Shown here: one piece after another, positions 61,279 to 64,000 of the stretch
Layout: each line of letters opens with the position of its first letter
Position numbering within the stretch: the stretch's first letter is position 1
Origin: Eledone cirrhosa
Lineage: Eukaryota
Direction of reading: 5' to 3'
DNA length: 64,000 nt
Assembly (NCBI GenBank): GCA_964016885.1
Contig: OZ024740.1
Location: 169,074,001 to 169,138,000, forward strand
Program-made: the position numbers and the translations under genes
The notes under the pieces: model-generated
Told to the model about the DNA's origin: nothing
What the model saw: only the letters and a program-made list of their open reading frames with translations
Database searches by the model: none

Positions 61279-61739
61279 ATGCTGATATGTATATATTAGG
61301 ACAAGGGACACTTTAGGTCCTTTACTTTTGATCAGTGTTTGAAGATCTGAAATCGATTCTCTTTTTTGTTATTTTTTTTTGTTCACTTCTCTTTTATTAT
61401 TAAATCGTGTATATTATTTATATATTTTGCATATGTACTTTTGTCTTATGTATTTGAATTTGACCAATGAAATGAATTATTAGACGATATTGTATTATTT
61501 TTTAATTTAATTTTTCTTTTTTGAATATATATATATTTTTTTCAATTTCATTTACTAAAATGGAATATTCTTTGTTCTGTGAGCGTTGCTGTTTGTACTT
61601 ACCTGCCTATTCTCATGTGTATATTTTATTTGAATTTTAATCCACTCCATCCTTTGATTATTCATACATAAACAGGTTTTGAGTGTCTTCATTTTTCATC
61701 AATGGCCCCTGTTAACATGGTTCTTATTCAGTTAACTGT

Positions 61740-62027
61740 CTGTAAGTTCAATTCTCAGACTGGGTGATGTGTTGTTTCCTTGAGCAAGACACTTTATTTC
61801 ACATTGCTTCAATTTACTCAGTTGTAGAAATGAGATGATAGGGACTGTGGTCCACAACATTCCACTGCAAAGTGGTCGTGGAGGTGCACAGCAAAAAAGC
61901 ACCCAGCACTCACTGTAAATGAGGTTGGTGTTAGGAAGGGCATCCAGCTGTAGAAATCAAGCCAGAATCAGTTCCCGTCCCACCCTTGCAAGCAGGGAAA
62001 AGTGGACGTAAAATGATGATGATGATG
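61740..62027 (+). mobile_element. CORE-type SINE (head truncated)
   Basis: Matches 28578-28850. Confidence 0.88.
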
Positions 62028-63119
62028 TCCTTTCTGGTAGGTCAGGAGACCACATCTTGCTCATACTTTCCACATTTGACATGGCATCCAGTTGTAGAAA
62101 CTAAGCTAAAAAAATACACGGTGTAAGATCTGGTCCTCCTGGTCCATCTAGCAGGTCAGTAACTTTAAGAACTGACTTGGATTGGTGCACCATTCTATAT
62201 CAGCATGGTGCACCATTCTATCCATATCAGCATGGAAAACAGGTAGACAATGGTGATATTCATGTTTGTCTGTAATTATTAAAGATAGTTGAATAAAATT
62301 CAAATAAATTGTGTATGTATGTGTGTGTGTGTGTGTGATGATGGATGCGACAGCGAGCACTCTGTACTGATAAATATTGTTTATGGCCAAATGATGAGTC
62401 TTGTTACATAATAATGACTATCATAGATATATAATACCTGGGTATTATATATATACATATAGTCTGAGTTCAAATCCCGCCGAGGTTAACTTTGCCTTTC
62501 ATCCTTACGGGGTCGATAAAATAAAGTACCAGTAATACACTGGAATAAGTGCTGGCCTTGTGCCAAAAGTAGAAACAATTATATATATATAATACCTGGG
62601 TATTTGTTGTTGTCTTTCATATGAGGTATATATACATATTGTCTTTGCCTTCTGTTCACAGCCCCCTTCAAATTTGAATAATTAACGAACTCATTTTGGG
62701 TATCATTAAGTGTTGATTGGGCTATTCCAGATAAATGGACCCGTGTTGCAAATATGACAATAGATTCCTTATATAGATAGATGTGTGTGTATTCCTGAGT
62801 CATTTTCAAAACTATTGAACTGACCATTTATCTGTATGGCTATTCTACATTTGCTATTTCCATAATAGGTTGCCATTGTTATATTTTTTTGTGCTAACAA
62901 GACTATATTCCATGTAGACTTGGTATGTGTATTTTTTACATGAACTTTATAAATATAAAACAACCCTTGCCTCACAAAATAGCTTACGCTTGTCTGTGCC
63001 CAGTTACAGCCCTTGATACAGTAAACATTTTTATTTCAAATTTTGTGTGTTCGTTTATTTTTTGTTTTTTACTGGGATGTTTACTTTAGAAGATAAAGAA
63101 AAGTAGTATGATATCAGTG

Positions 63120-63164
<45 letters not shown>

Positions 63165-63543
63165 TTATGATGAGGATAGATAAGGTTTTGTTTATCAAGA
63201 ATGAATGCTTAATCAGTATAACTGCTTGCCAGAGAATTTGACACTTTTTGCTGAAGTCTATATTTTACATGATGCTACACTTGCTTATATTATATATATT
63301 TAAGATTTATCCATTAGCCTATTTCTTTGATGTTTCCTCATACAGTATTCCACTTAGTCTTGAGTACTATTCGAGGAACCTGTGAAACGAAGGGAAATAA
63401 CAGGCCACTTGATCAGCCATAATTAACTACTAGTAAATACCCGATGTTAGAGAAATATTTGGCTCCTCTAGCAAACACCAATGTTGAGTTGCAGCAGTGT
63501 GCACCCACAATTGCACACAATCCAATGTAAGAGACCAAGGTAA

Positions 63544-63558
63544 CCACCAGATGGCAGC
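63544..63558 (+). promoter_or_regulatory. CTCF-like motif CCACCAGATGGCAGC
   Basis: Close match to the CTCF core consensus CCASYAGRKGGCRS in non-repetitive sequence downstream of TMEM192. Confidence 0.45.
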
Positions 63559-63769
63559 ACTGTGGGTTTTGCTTATTTGTGCTTCTACTGCAAACACTTC
63601 CCTATTATCTCAAACCATTGTTGATTCTTAAACTTACAATAAACTATAAGCATGACGTAAGTTATTTCCTTTCTCCTCTCGAGTTAAAAAGGAGGTTGAC
63701 TCTCCTTTTCACTCCTACAGTCATATATGCATGTGATGGACAGACACGGAGAAATAGCTGTTTTATAAT

Positions 63770-63965
63770 AGTTTCTGATTTAGGCACAAGGCCAACAATT
63801 TTGGTGGGAGGAGAAAGTTGATAAATCGACACCAGTGCATTACTGGTACTTTATTTTATTGACCCTGTAAGGATGAAAGGTAATGCTAACCTCGGTGGGA
63901 TTTGAACTCAGCGTAAAGGGCCATAGCTCTATGTCGCTAAGCATGTCTGATGTTCTACCAATTCT
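63770..63965 (-). mobile_element. Second-family tRNA-SINE
   Basis: Reverse complement of the 37890-38080 body. Confidence 0.75.
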
Positions 63966-64000
63966 GGTATTCACTTTTTTTTTTTTTTTTTTGCATCTAT

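Overview
AT-rich, microsatellite- and transposon-dense animal DNA. The repeat content (CORE-type tRNA-SINEs, RTE/CR1/R4 LINEs, abundant TA/AAT/GAT microsatellites) suggests an octopus or other cephalopod; this is inferred, not proven. One host gene can be assembled by hand: a six-exon TMEM192 on + (46909-60634, about 288 aa, all GT-AG introns in compatible phases). The rest is mostly decayed mobile DNA: a mariner, R4/Dong, CR1, L1/Tx1 and RTE LINE fragments, two SINE families, piggyBac-like and foldback MITEs, a hAT shell and a Helitron end. The most notable signal is at least two non-coding repeat families (units of about 315-320 bp and 401-422 bp). They sit in (TA)n tracts as partial-tandem arrays, and each full unit carries a minimal type I hammerhead ribozyme with a palindromic stem III. 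Five motifs were read by eye: 22263-22302 (+), 23023-23065, 23424-23466, 29142-29190 and 42579-42630 (all -). One has a compensatory U3-A8 core. This architecture fits non-LTR retrozymes or Penelope-like pseudo-LTRs, which could produce small self-cleaving or circular RNAs. No folding program or database search was run.
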